In this document: positions 1-9,502 of the stretch, piece by piece
Position numbering within the stretch: the first letter of the stretch is position 1
Layout of the letters: each line of letters opens with the position of its first letter
Assembly: GCF_028368995.1 (NCBI RefSeq)
Contig: NZ_JAQNDL010000004.1
Location: forward strand, 672,001 to 736,000
Direction: 5' to 3'
From: Nannocystis bainbridge
GTDB lineage: Bacteria; Myxococcota_A; Polyangia; Nannocystales; Nannocystaceae
DNA length: 64,000 nt
Notes under the pieces: generated by a model
Told to the model about the DNA's origin: nothing
Databases searched by the model: none
Seen by the model: only the letters and a program-made list of their open reading frames with translations
Position numbers and translations under genes: made by a program

Positions 1-513
1 GCTCTCCAGGCCGTCGGCCAGCGGCGCGCAGATCTGCATGTAATCGTAGCATTGGGACGTGTCGTAATCCTCGCAGCCGGGGATCTCGAGCAGGTCGGCG
101 GGCATGACCTCGTCGCCGAGGTCCATGAGGTTGACGCAGGCGGGGCCGGTGGTGGTGTCGGCCGTGGTGCTCGAGGAGGTCGTGGTGGTGGTGTCGTCGG
201 TGGTGCTGGTCGTGGTCGTGGTCGTGGTCGCCGGCTCGACGGGGCCGGTGCTGTCGCTGGTGGTGACGATCGTGGTGCTGGTGCCGGTGGTGGAGGTGGT
301 CGTCAGCGGGCCGGTGGTCGGGTCGCCGGGGATGGTTGTGGTGCCCGGCGCGGTGGTGCTGCCGTTCGTGGTGGTGGTGGTGGTGGTGGTGCCCGTTCCG
401 GTGGCGGTGCCGGCGTCGTCGAGCGGCGGCCGGGGGCACCCTGCCGCGACGGTGAGGCCGAGAGCGTGGAGGAGAGCGACCCGGAGACAGGAGAGCGAAG
501 AGGCGGCCGACAT
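1..513 (-). CDS. Thr-rich myxobacterial lipoprotein (3' part outside window)
   Basis: Not in the ORF track. Reverse frame from ATG 513 reads MSAASSLSCLRVALLHALGLTVAAGC (lipobox-like), a Thr-rich linker, then Cys-containing CVNL..CEDYDTSQCYDYMQIC, open to the window edge. Confidence 0.75.
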   Translation of the reverse strand, partial: MSAASSLSCLRVALLHALGLTVAAGCPRPPLDDAGTATGTGTTTTTTTTNGSTTAPGTTTIPGDPTTGPLTTTSTTGTSTTIVTTSDSTGPVEPATTTTTTTSTTDDTTTTTSSSTTADTTTGPACVNLMDLGDEVMPADLLEIPGCEDYDTSQCYDYMQICAPLADGLES

Positions 514-770
514 CCTCGCCAGGCTACGCGGACGCCGGCGGCCGCGGAACCTGGCGCCGGGGCGGGACATCACGCGCACGGTCCCGGCGGCGGTGATGGA
601 TCGCGGGCGCGCCGGCCACGGCGGGCGGTCGGCCGTCCGCGCTGCGCGGTGGCGACCGCGGATGTCCCAAGGGCCATGTCGGCCCGGTCGCTCGTCCGCC
701 GCCGGCGACGGGCGACGCATTCGCCACGGTCGCGGTCGCCAGCCGCGCAGGTCGGGCGACGGCGCCGCGA

Positions 771-1709
771 ATGGCCTGCTTCGATCGGGGGGACGCCGCA
801 GCCAATCACCGCACCGCGGCGCGGCAGACGAGCGACGGCCGTCGGATCTGCGGCGGGCTCGCGTCGGCGCGCCCGCGGCACGGTGCTACACGGATCGCCG
901 TGAACGGGTCTGCTCAGCTCTGCCTCGCAATCGCCAGCCGACGCGTGGAGGTCGAGTCCGCGTCGCAGGCCGTCCATGGGTTTCTGCGCCGGATCGGCGT
1001 CGACGACGAGGCCTGTTGGCGCACCGACGTCGCGGTCCGCGAGGCGGTCGCCAACGCGATCGTGCACGGCAACGGCGAGGACCCTGGCAAGCAGGTCGGC
1101 GTCGCGGTCGAACTCGGCGGCGGGCGGGTGACCGTGCGCGTCCACGACGAGGGCGCCGGGTGGGACGGGGCGCGATTGGCCGATCCGCGCGAGGAGTCGC
1201 GCCGGCTCGAGCCGCGCGGGCGCGGGGTGTTCTTGATGCGCCACTTCATGGACGAGGTGGTCCACGATCGCCGGGCCGGCGGCGGGACGACGGTGACGAT
1301 GTCGACGCGCCTGCACGACCGCGTGAAGCCGCCGAGCGTGAGCTACGAGCCGCTGGCGCGGGAGGCCAGGACCGTCGTGGCGCTGCGCCAGCGCGGCGAG
1401 GTCCGCGTGTTCGAGCCGATCGGCAAGCTCACGATCGGCGCCGGCGCGGTGGCCCTGCGCGAGGCGGTGTTCGCGGCGCTGGCCGGCGGGACGCGCAAGA
1501 TCGTCGTCGACCTCGGCAAGGTGACGACGGTCGACTCGTCGGGCATCGGCGCGCTGGTCAGCGCGTTCTCGTCGGCGCTGAACTGCGACGGGCAGCTGGC
1601 GCTGTGCCGGGTGCCGCCGAAGGTGCTCGAGCTCCTGCTGGTGACCCATCTCATCGGCGTGTTCGAGGTGTACGCCGGCGAGCTCGAGGCGGTCGTGGCG
1701 CTCGAGTAG
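771..1709 (+). CDS. Anti-sigma kinase (RsbW-like HATPase) fused to STAS anti-anti-sigma domain; true start probably GTG ~900
   Basis: EAVANAIVHGN, DEGAG and GRGVFLM HATPase boxes, followed by STAS motif VVDLGKVTTVDSSGIGALV. Confidence 0.85.
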   Translation: MACFDRGDAAANHRTAARQTSDGRRICGGLASARPRHGATRIAVNGSAQLCLAIASRRVEVESASQAVHGFLRRIGVDDEACWRTDVAVREAVANAIVHGNGEDPGKQVGVAVELGGGRVTVRVHDEGAGWDGARLADPREESRRLEPRGRGVFLMRHFMDEVVHDRRAGGGTTVTMSTRLHDRVKPPSVSYEPLAREARTVVALRQRGEVRVFEPIGKLTIGAGAVALREAVFAALAGGTRKIVVDLGKVTTVDSSGIGALVSAFSSALNCDGQLALCRVPPKVLELLLVTHLIGVFEVYAGELEAVVALE

Positions 1710-1721
1710 TAGTGTTCTTTA

Positions 1722-1777
1722 GGACATGTCTCGAAGGGCATGTCGTAAAGAACATGCGCTTCGAGACATGTCCCGAA
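1722..1777. repeat. 14-bp-phased GGACATGTC-like array (4 units)
   Basis: CATG cores at 1725, 1739, 1753, 1767, between convergent genes. Confidence 0.85.
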
Positions 1778-1781
1778 GGGC

Positions 1782-2189
1782 TCACAGGTCGTGGTCGCCC
1801 ATGGCCTCGGGCTGGTAGAGGATCTCGAGCACGCGGAGCTCGGCGACCCGACCGCCCGGCAGCGGCCACTCGATGGCCTGGCCGACGGTGAGGCCGAGCA
1901 GGGCGCTGCCGACCGGGGCGAGCACGGAGACGCGATCGGGGCCGGCGTCGCCGGGATAGACGAGGGTGAGCTCGAACTCCCGCTCGCTGTGCTGCTCGCG
2001 TAAGCGCACGCGTGAGTTCATCGACACCACGTCGGGCGGGAGCGCGGTCGAGTCGACGACGGCGGCGCGCTCGAGCTCGTCGTCGAGGGCCTCGGCGGCG
2101 TCGGTACCGCGGACCGGGGGGCTGGCGAGCAGGCGCTTGAGCCGGCCGAGGTCGTGGCGAGAGATCGTGATCGGGACGTCGGTTTGCAT
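1782..2189 (-). CDS. rnk: Regulator of nucleoside diphosphate kinase (GreA/GreB family)
   Basis: MQTDVPITISRHDL..LDDELERAAVV..DVVSMNSRV..LVYP..VSVLAPVGSALLG; RBS-like GAGG upstream. Confidence 0.9.
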   Translation of the reverse strand: MQTDVPITISRHDLGRLKRLLASPPVRGTDAAEALDDELERAAVVDSTALPPDVVSMNSRVRLREQHSEREFELTLVYPGDAGPDRVSVLAPVGSALLGLTVGQAIEWPLPGGRVAELRVLEILYQPEAMGDHDL

Positions 2190-2199
2190 GGCGTGGCCT

Positions 2200-2237
2200 C
2201 GGGAAAAAGACGAAGCCCGCCGGAGCGGCGGGCTTCG
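2200..2237 (-). terminator. Terminator/attenuator-like hairpin in the rnk 5' leader
   Basis: Minus strand CGAAGCCCGCCG-CTC-CGGCGGGCTTCG followed by TCTTTTT, just upstream of the rnk start. Confidence 0.7.
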
Positions 2238-2242
2238 GCCTA

Positions 2243-2271
2243 AGAATGCGCGACGGTCCGGACCTGTGCAA
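2243..2271 (-). promoter_or_regulatory. sigma70-like promoter for rnk
   Basis: TTGCAC-N17-CATTCT on the minus strand. Confidence 0.55.
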
Positions 2272-2382
2272 CCGCGGCGGGCGGGCGGCGCGCGCGAGGG
2301 CCGAAACCTGGCCGTTGCGACAGGTGGAGCGCCGGCGCGGCCGGCGGTCGCGGCCGCGCGGGCGTCGTCCGCGCTGGACACG

Positions 2383-2395
2383 AATGCGACAGCAA
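2383..2395 (+). promoter_or_regulatory. Ada box
   Basis: AAT-N6-GCAA (aat gcgaca gcaa) upstream of ada. Confidence 0.65.
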
Positions 2396-2480
2396 GACCC
2401 GGAGTGCCGCGGGCCGCCGGACCGGCTAGCGTGGCGGAAGCGGCGGGGTGGTCCGCCGAACAACAGGAGCACGAGCGCCC

Positions 2481-3554
2481 ATGTCCACCAATTCCGCCGC
2501 GCGCGCGGCAGCCGTCACCTGCGATCCTCGCTGGCCGGCCCTGGTCGCGGCCGATCCGAACGCCGACGACAACTTCTTCTACTCGGTCATGACGACCGGC
2601 GTGTACTGCCGCCCGTCGTGTGCCTCGCGGACGCCGCGGCCGGAGAACGTCGCCTTCCACGCCACGGTGGCCGAGGCCGAGGCCGCGGGGTTCCGCGCGT
2701 GCAAGCGCTGCAAGCCGGGCGGGCCGTCGCAGGCCGAGCTGCACGCGGAGATGGTGGCGGCGCTGTGTCGCTACATCGAGGGCGCCGAGACTGCGCCGCG
2801 GCTGGAGGTGCTGGCGGCGCAGGCGGGCCTGAGCGCGTACCACGTGCACCGGATCTTCAAGGCGGTGACGGGCGTGACGCCGCGCGCCTACGCGGCCGCC
2901 CGTCGCGACGCGCGCCTGCGCGAGGAGCTGCGGCGCGGCAGCTCGGTCACCGAGGCCATCCACGGCGCGGGCTACGGCTCGGGCGGCCGCTTCTACGCGC
3001 GCGCCGAGCAGGTGCTGGGCATGACGCCGTCGGCCTACCGCGCCGGCGGAGCGGCCACGGCGATCCACTTCGCCGTCGGCGAGTGCTCGCTCGGATCGAT
3101 CCTGGTCGCCGCCAGCACGCGCGGGGTGTGTGCGATCCTGCTGGGCGACGATCCGGACCGGCTGGTGCGCGACCTGCAGGACCGGTTCCCGCGCGCCGAG
3201 CTGATCGGCGACGACCCGGCGTTCGAGCGCCAGGTGGCGACGGTGATCGCGTTCGTCGAGGCGCCCGGGCTCGGCCTCGACCTGCCGCTCGACGTCCGCG
3301 GCACCGCGTTCCAGCAGCGCGTGTGGCAGGCGCTGCGCGGCATCCCGCCCGGCGCGAAGGTCTGCTACGCCGACATCGCCGAGCGCATCGGGGCGCCGCG
3401 CTCGGTCCGGGCCGTGTCCCAGGCCTGCGCCGCGAACGCGCTGGCGGTGGCGATTCCGTGCCATCGCGTGGTCCAGCGCGACGGCGGGCTGTCGGGCTAC
3501 CGCTGGGGCGTCGAGCGCAAGCGCAAGCTGCTCGACCGCGAAGCCAGCGCGTGA
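2481..3554 (+). CDS. ada: Bifunctional transcriptional activator / O6-methylguanine-DNA methyltransferase
   Basis: Zn-binding TTGVYCRPSC..FRACKRC, AraC HTH, C-terminal IPCHRVV active site. Confidence 0.95.
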   Translation: MSTNSAARAAAVTCDPRWPALVAADPNADDNFFYSVMTTGVYCRPSCASRTPRPENVAFHATVAEAEAAGFRACKRCKPGGPSQAELHAEMVAALCRYIEGAETAPRLEVLAAQAGLSAYHVHRIFKAVTGVTPRAYAAARRDARLREELRRGSSVTEAIHGAGYGSGGRFYARAEQVLGMTPSAYRAGGAATAIHFAVGECSLGSILVAASTRGVCAILLGDDPDRLVRDLQDRFPRAELIGDDPAFERQVATVIAFVEAPGLGLDLPLDVRGTAFQQRVWQALRGIPPGAKVCYADIAERIGAPRSVRAVSQACAANALAVAIPCHRVVQRDGGLSGYRWGVERKRKLLDREASA

Positions 3555-3557
3555 CGG

Positions 3558-3680
3558 CTGCATGACCGAGGGGACATGTCCCTTCGGTCATGGCCGATGG
3601 TGTCGAGCGAAATGTCCGAGGGGACATGTCCGATGGGTCATCATCGTGTGACCGGCAGGACATGTCCGTTCGGTCATGGC
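3558..3680. repeat. 14-bp-phased GACATGTC-like array with a 50-bp higher-order unit
   Basis: Cores at 3561, 3575, 3589 / 3611, 3625, 3639 / 3661, 3675 (steps 14, 14, 22). Confidence 0.8.
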
Positions 3681-4306
3681 GGAGGCGCCGCGCAGGCGCC
3701 CACCGCCGCGAACTTCGCGGCGCAGGCGAACCCCTTCTCGGTCAAGGCGCACAGCTCGCCCTCGATGCAGTCTTGGGCCAGCGGGTCGCAGGTGGCGAGG
3801 CACATGTAGTGATAGTCGCCGAAGCTCTTGGCGCACACCTGGCCCTCGGGACATTGCGGGGTGACGGCGGCGCCGTCGCAGAGCTCGACGCACACGCCCT
3901 GCTCGCTGGGGATCACGTTCCAGCACAACAGGCCGGCGGCGCAGTCGTCGAGGCCGGTGCCGTAGCCGCCCTCGGCGATGCAGAGCTCGGCGATCTGGGC
4001 CGGGCTGTCGTCCAGCGGCACGCAGCGGGCCCCGTCGAGGGTCTGGTCGCCGGCGGTGCTGTAGAGGTTGCACTTCTGGCCCTCGGGACAGTCCTGCAGC
4101 CACGGGTCGCACTCGAACACGGGGCCAGGGCCGAAATCCGCCGCGGGGCCGGTCGGGTCGCCGCCGGTGGGCTCGCTGCTCGACGCCGGCTCGCCGTCGT
4201 CGTTTTCGTCGACCGGCTGGTCGCTCGTGTCAGCGCCACCGGCGGCCTCGCACGCGAGCGCGAGGGCGAGCGGGGCGAGCCGAAGGATCGAGATCGTGCG
4301 CGACAT
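3674..4306 (-). CDS. Cys-rich myxobacterial lipoprotein
   Basis: Lipobox LALAC; CDPWLQDCPEGQKC, DDCAAGLLCW and CDPLAQDC repeats. Confidence 0.85.
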   Translation of the reverse strand: MSRTISILRLAPLALALACEAAGGADTSDQPVDENDDGEPASSSEPTGGDPTGPAADFGPGPVFECDPWLQDCPEGQKCNLYSTAGDQTLDGARCVPLDDSPAQIAELCIAEGGYGTGLDDCAAGLLCWNVIPSEQGVCVELCDGAAVTPQCPEGQVCAKSFGDYHYMCLATCDPLAQDCIEGELCALTEKGFACAAKFAAVGACAAPPP

Positions 4307-4540
4307 GAGCGAGTTCCTCCATTCTCCACGCTAGCGGATCCGCCAGGCCCGCGCCGCGCGGGCGAGCGGAACCGCGACGGACGTCGCGCGGGTCGATTCG
4401 CCGTCAATGGTGGTACTCGGGGTGCGCCCATTGCGGGTCATCGCCATGTGCGACGATCGCGGGGCCGGACGCGAGCCCGCGGGCCGAGTTGAAGCCGGGC
4501 CTGCGGGCATCTACGCTGGTGAAATGAGCGGGGCAGGGTC

Positions 4541-5431
4541 GTGACGGTGCGCGCGGAGAGCCTCGATCTTTCGCTGCGCGAGGTGCTGTTGCTGCTCGAT
4601 CGCGGGATCCGGGCGGTCCAGGCCGAGCGCGGCCTGGTGGTCGACGGCGTCGTCGGCCCGAGGACGCGGGCCGCCCTCGACGACCTGCTGCGCGCGCCGA
4701 CCGGGGTGCCGCGCGGCAAGGGGATGTTCGTCCGCTCGGTGAAGCACGTCGGCTCGATCGAGGCGATGATGGCCCGAGTGGCGCAAGCCGGGCTGGGCTG
4801 GCTGGCGTTCCAGTGCATCTGGCAATACGCCGACAAGAAGAGCGCGGTGTGGACCGGCTTCTCGCGCCACGCCGCGGCGCTGCGCGCGGCCGGCCACGCG
4901 TGCTGGGTGTGGGGATTCCCGTACGCGGGGCGCGAGGCGGAATTCGTCGATGTCTTGCTCGGCACGGCGACCGGTTGCGGCGCGGCGGGCGTGCTCGTCG
5001 ACGCCGAATTGCCGTACGTCGAGGCGCCGGAGGCGGCGGCGCGATTGATGGCAGCGCTCTTGCCTGCCGCGCGCCGGGCCGGGCTGGCGGTCGGGCTGAC
5101 CTCGTACGGCGCGCCGTGGAACTTCCCGCGGTTCCCGTGGGCGGCGTTCACCGGGGTCGACTTCGCGGCGCCGCAGATCTACGACGCGAGCAACAATCAG
5201 GGCCCGGGCTACGCGCAGCGGTCGATCGCGGCCTATCGCACGCTCGGCTTCTCGCGCGTGGTCCCGGCCGGCCCGACGTTCGGCAAGACCGCCGCGCAAT
5301 GGTCGGCCCTTCACGCGTCGCTGCCGGTGCCCGACGGGGCGGTGGTGTGGTGGGATTGGTTCAACAGCACGCAGAATCCGTTCACCTGGAACGGCGTGCG
5401 AGATTTCGTGGTGCCGCCGCGGAATGTGTAG
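4541..5431 (+). CDS. Peptidoglycan-binding motif plus probable glycoside hydrolase-like TIM-barrel domain; start uncertain
   Basis: QAERGLVVDGVVGPRTRAAL (PG_binding_1 C-terminal half); VWGF, VDAE and PQIY motifs. Confidence 0.65.
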   Translation: MTVRAESLDLSLREVLLLLDRGIRAVQAERGLVVDGVVGPRTRAALDDLLRAPTGVPRGKGMFVRSVKHVGSIEAMMARVAQAGLGWLAFQCIWQYADKKSAVWTGFSRHAAALRAAGHACWVWGFPYAGREAEFVDVLLGTATGCGAAGVLVDAELPYVEAPEAAARLMAALLPAARRAGLAVGLTSYGAPWNFPRFPWAAFTGVDFAAPQIYDASNNQGPGYAQRSIAAYRTLGFSRVVPAGPTFGKTAAQWSALHASLPVPDGAVVWWDWFNSTQNPFTWNGVRDFVVPPRNV

Positions 5432-5714
5432 AGTCGGGGGCCGCGGCGCGGCGTGCAGGCGCTGCCGGGACCGGCGCGCGGGCGTCGACGGTTTTCGCAG
5501 CTCGTGGCCATCGCCCGTTGAGGGCGGGTCTCGAGGTCTCGCGCCGACAGGTCGACTGCGCCGGCTCGCTCGCACGCGCGCGGGCCGCATGATCACGCAG
5601 GGCGCCGGGGCCGGGGCCGGTCGCCACCGCGCCCGGCGCGTCCGAGGGCCGTCGCCGCCCTGCCTCCGGAGCCGCGACCGCCCGGCGCGCCGACGATCTG
5701 CGAGACTGCGGCCC

Positions 5715-6272
5715 ATGACCGACACGCAGGCAGGCGACCGAACATCCTTGCTCGGCGTGATCCTCGGGCTCAGCGTCGGCGTGCTGATCGGCGGAGGGGT
5801 CACCTACCTCGGCGTCGACGCCACCGCCGCGGAGCTGCGCCTGCGCAGCGGCGGCGACATCGTCGAGGCCGACGTGCTCGACACGCGGGTGATGAAGGCG
5901 CGCAACACCGGGACCACGTACGAGGTCCGGTACGCTTTCACGCTGGCGGGAGCGGCCGAGACGTACACCCTCAGCGACGGGACCGGCCGCGAGGGCCTGT
6001 GGACCGCGCTGCCCGTGGCCGACTGGGAGGCCGCGCGCGCGTCGGGGAAGGTGGCAGTGCGCTACCTGCCGGGCGACCCGTGGGTGAGCCGTCCGGTCAA
6101 CGCCGCCGCGCCGCCGCTCGGCGACTCGATCGCCGGGCTCGTCCTGGGTCTGCTGATCGCGCTGCCCTGCTTGCTGTTGCTCGTCCGGGTCCTGATTCGC
6201 CGCCCGCCGCCGCCGCTCGTGGCCGCGAGTGAAGAAGTGCGGGCGCGACCGGGCCGGCGGTCCGCGGACTGA
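5715..6272 (+). CDS. DUF3592-like membrane protein
   Basis: Two TM helices flanking a beta domain with YEVRYAF..GKVAVRYLPGDP. Confidence 0.75.
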   Translation: MTDTQAGDRTSLLGVILGLSVGVLIGGGVTYLGVDATAAELRLRSGGDIVEADVLDTRVMKARNTGTTYEVRYAFTLAGAAETYTLSDGTGREGLWTALPVADWEAARASGKVAVRYLPGDPWVSRPVNAAAPPLGDSIAGLVLGLLIALPCLLLLVRVLIRRPPPPLVAASEEVRARPGRRSAD

Positions 6273-6904
6273 ACTTGGTCGGGGCGGGCGAGGCCGGCCG
6301 GTTCGACCTCGGTGCCTATCGTGGGAGCGTCGCGCTCGTCGGCCCTGGCCGGCGGACAATGGCATCACGCCAGAATGCAATGTGCCAGTGACCTCGAATC
6401 GCCCATGACAGGCGCTGCGCGCGCAAAATTCGCGCCGAACCATGTCCGCCACCGGCGTGGAGCGCCCCCAGGCCGAGGGGCAAGTTCGCCCATGGGTCGG
6501 GCCGCGGCAGGTGCGGAGCCCAGACCACAAACGGCGCTCGCCTGCGCCGAATTTGCGCCCCGAACCGGGCTCGAATGCGCGATGTCGCGCGACTGAGACG
6601 CGAAGGGGCGAAAATGACCTGAATTCGCCAGGAGAAGATCTCCCGCGAACGGTCCAGCTGGGTCTCGCTCTGGGTCCGAATCTGCGAAACCGCGAGCGGC
6701 CCGCGGTTGCGACGCGTACCTTGTTCCCCTCGAGGGCTGGGTAAAACGCGAACTTGGCGCCGCTGAATCGACCCATTCGATTGCGAGCGAGGCCGCGCAT
6801 TATCGGGGGATGCGGCCGCGGCTTCACGGTGCATTCCCTGGCTTCCATCGCCAATCCTTTTCGTGAAGATATCGCTGGGCGTCCCACAAACCCAGGAGAT
6901 TGCG

Positions 6905-9133
6905 ATGACTCGGAATCGAGTGCAGTATGTATCGTTGGCTACGATGATGATTGGTGCGGTCGGTGCATTTGGATTGGTCGGGTGTACCGAAAACGAGGTC
7001 GACGAGGCGGATCTCGGCGACGACGTCGAGTTCAAGAAAGACGGCGATCCGAAGGCGTTCCCGGGCGAGAGCTTCTCGGCGGACAAGCTGCCGTTCGTCG
7101 AGCCGCTCGAGACGGCCGAGGTGTTCGTCCAGAAGCTGCCCAAGGCGACCGAGGCCGGTGACAACGTCGCGGTGCACATCAAGCTGGACAAGCCGCACAA
7201 CAAGGACCTCCAGGACAGCCTGGTCCGCGTCGTCGGTGACCCCAAGAACCCGATGATGCTGGTGCGCAGCGACGCGCTGGTCGAGCTCGGCGTGCTCAAG
7301 GAGAGCCCCGGCAAGGAGTTCTTCACCGCCTTCGCCACGCTCAGCGCCGAGGAGCTCGAGCAGCGGGCGAAGACCGAGCAGAACCTCGCCAAGTTCGGCG
7401 AGACCACCAAGGACCGGATCGTGTTCGAGGGCCGCAACCCGATCGCGGTCACGACGGGCATCAAGTTCGACATCAGCGTGTTCGACACCGGCGTCCCGGT
7501 CGCGCTCGGGCCCTGTCCGCTCGCGCCGATCTCGACGCCGGCGCGCTGGGAGGAGGCGCTCCTCATCACCGACCTCTCGGTGGTCCGCGACAAGAACCGC
7601 ACCAACGACGTGTGTCACCCCGGGGCCGACAACCCGAACGGCGTGTGGACGTTCAAGCACCTGATGGAGGAGATGGCGATCGGCTCGGGCCTCAGCACCA
7701 ACGATTTCGTGGTCAAGTGGCTGTCGACCTGGCTGACCAATCAGGTCGTCAACAGCGACACGCTCCCGGCGCGCACGCAGATGTTCCAGCAGGTGATCCG
7801 GCCGTGGGCCAACGCCAGCGGCGTCACGTCGTCGCTGGTGGGCGGCAACCTGACCCTCGGCGGCCCGCTCAACCTCGACAAGGCGCCGTTCCGCCTGTCC
7901 GCGATCGTCAACCGCATCGACCTCGGCGAGACCAGCAGCGGCGGCATGTACGGCGGCGGCGGCATGCCGCTCACCGCGGGCGAGATGCGCTTCGTGTTCG
8001 GCGTGCAGAACCTGAACAGCTGCGCGCAGCTGCCCTTCTCGGTGATCTTCGAGTACGGCGTGCCGCGGGAGGACTGCGCCGCGATCAAGGACTGGGCGAA
8101 CCAGTGGATCCGGCTCAGCGACCCGCTGCTGCCCCGGTTCTCGTCCTCGTGGCGCGCCCACCTGGAGAGCATCACCGAGAACGTGGTGCTCAACGGCGCC
8201 GCGCCGGCCAAGGGCAACCAGAACGCGATCAACCAGATCCGGACCAACGAGAACGCGCTCAACTTCCAGTGGGAGCTCCGCGAGTTCACGCTGTCCACCG
8301 AGGACGCGCTCACGAATGTCGACACGCCGACCGACGGCCCGCTGCAGCCGCACACCGTCGCGCTGACCCCCAACGACAGCTTCTACAACGCGTCCGGCGA
8401 CGTCGACATCGACGACTGGACGCTGTTCACGCCGATGCCGCCGTCGGGCGCGCCCGGGGCGGTCCTGTCCGAGGTCTCGTTCGGCGCGGCCTTCACCACC
8501 GGCGCGAGCGGCAACACGATCGTCAGCGACTGCAGCCCGAGCTACTCGATGCCGCTCGTCGCCAGCGGCCTGCCGCTGCGCGGCGGCAACGCTTTCGTGT
8601 CGCCCGTGGATCACTGGCAGATCGCCGCCGCCGATCCGAGCGATCCGCGGGAGGTCTGCGCGCGCCAGCAGTTCTCGATCAACTCCTGCAGCGGCTGTCA
8701 CAAGGAGGACTCGGCCACGCCGTTCTTCCACGTCGATCCGACGAGCGCGCCCGCGAGCCTCTCCAACTTCCTGACCGGCGGCGGCGCCGGCAACGTGTGG
8801 GCGGTGCCCGACCAGCAGTGGGGCCCCGGCGTGGCGTGGATGGAGTTCGCCGACCTCGATCGCCGGCACAACCGGCTCTACGAGATCGCGTGCAACAGCT
8901 GCGGCCGCAGGTTCGTGTTCCCGCACCTCATCGACGTCATCATGGAGGTCAACGGCATGGTCCCCGTGGACACCGGCGTCGCCGAGGATTCGCCGATCAA
9001 GGTCGGTCCGGTGACCAAGCTCGACACGGTCAAGCACCTGCTCAACGCCGCCGCGAAGGTCGACAAGGACGCGGTCGCGCAGGACGTCGAGCTGAGCCGG
9101 TTCACCGGCACGAGCCAGGTGTTCGTGCACTGA
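6905..9133 (+). CDS. Large lipoprotein with a single CxxCH heme-binding motif, function unknown
   Basis: GGAG RBS; lipobox LVGC; strong GC3 bias; INSCSGCH near the C-terminus. Confidence 0.85.
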   Translation: MTRNRVQYVSLATMMIGAVGAFGLVGCTENEVDEADLGDDVEFKKDGDPKAFPGESFSADKLPFVEPLETAEVFVQKLPKATEAGDNVAVHIKLDKPHNKDLQDSLVRVVGDPKNPMMLVRSDALVELGVLKESPGKEFFTAFATLSAEELEQRAKTEQNLAKFGETTKDRIVFEGRNPIAVTTGIKFDISVFDTGVPVALGPCPLAPISTPARWEEALLITDLSVVRDKNRTNDVCHPGADNPNGVWTFKHLMEEMAIGSGLSTNDFVVKWLSTWLTNQVVNSDTLPARTQMFQQVIRPWANASGVTSSLVGGNLTLGGPLNLDKAPFRLSAIVNRIDLGETSSGGMYGGGGMPLTAGEMRFVFGVQNLNSCAQLPFSVIFEYGVPREDCAAIKDWANQWIRLSDPLLPRFSSSWRAHLESITENVVLNGAAPAKGNQNAINQIRTNENALNFQWELREFTLSTEDALTNVDTPTDGPLQPHTVALTPNDSFYNASGDVDIDDWTLFTPMPPSGAPGAVLSEVSFGAAFTTGASGNTIVSDCSPSYSMPLVASGLPLRGGNAFVSPVDHWQIAAADPSDPREVCARQQFSINSCSGCHKEDSATPFFHVDPTSAPASLSNFLTGGGAGNVWAVPDQQWGPGVAWMEFADLDRRHNRLYEIACNSCGRRFVFPHLIDVIMEVNGMVPVDTGVAEDSPIKVGPVTKLDTVKHLLNAAAKVDKDAVAQDVELSRFTGTSQVFVH

Positions 9134-9147
9134 GCCGCGCCGAGCAG

Positions 9148-9175
9148 CGCCCGCGGCCGACGAAGGCCGCGGGCG
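9148..9175 (+). terminator. GC-rich hairpin after the lipoprotein gene
   Basis: CGCCCGCGGCC-GACGAA-GGCCGCGGGCG; no U-tract. Confidence 0.45.
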
Positions 9176-9268
9176 GCTGCCTCGATCCGATCGCAGCGAG
9201 ACCGCCGCACAATCGACCGCCCGGAAGCGCCGCTTAAGCGCGAATACGTCTGTATGCTTGGAGGCAAC

Positions 9269-9502
9269 ATGAGCACTCTCGACCGAGTCAAGAAGATCGT
9301 CGTCAAGCATCTTGAAGTCAAAGCCGCCAAAGTGACCAAGCAAGCGAACTTCGTCCGCGACCTTGGCGCCAATGCCAACGACATGCTTGAGCTGGTCATG
9401 GCGTTTGAGGAAGAATTCGGCATCGAGATTCCCGATGATGCGGAAGAGAAGATCTCCACCGTGAAGGATGCGATTGTTATCATCGAAAGCAGGCAGGGCT
9501 GA
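9269..9502 (+). CDS. Acyl carrier protein homologue lacking the phosphopantetheine Ser
   Basis: AcpP-like [36 protein letters not shown]; GGAGG RBS; DSL replaced by NAN. Confidence 0.85.
   Translation: MSTLDRVKKIVVKHLEVKAAKVTKQANFVRDLGANANDMLELVMAFEEEFGIEIPDDAEEKISTVKDAIVIIESRQG

Noticed and set aside
1722-3680. CATG arrays as a CRISPR array
   Set aside because: The 14-bp period and 5-6-nt spacers are far below CRISPR dimensions, and there are no cas genes.
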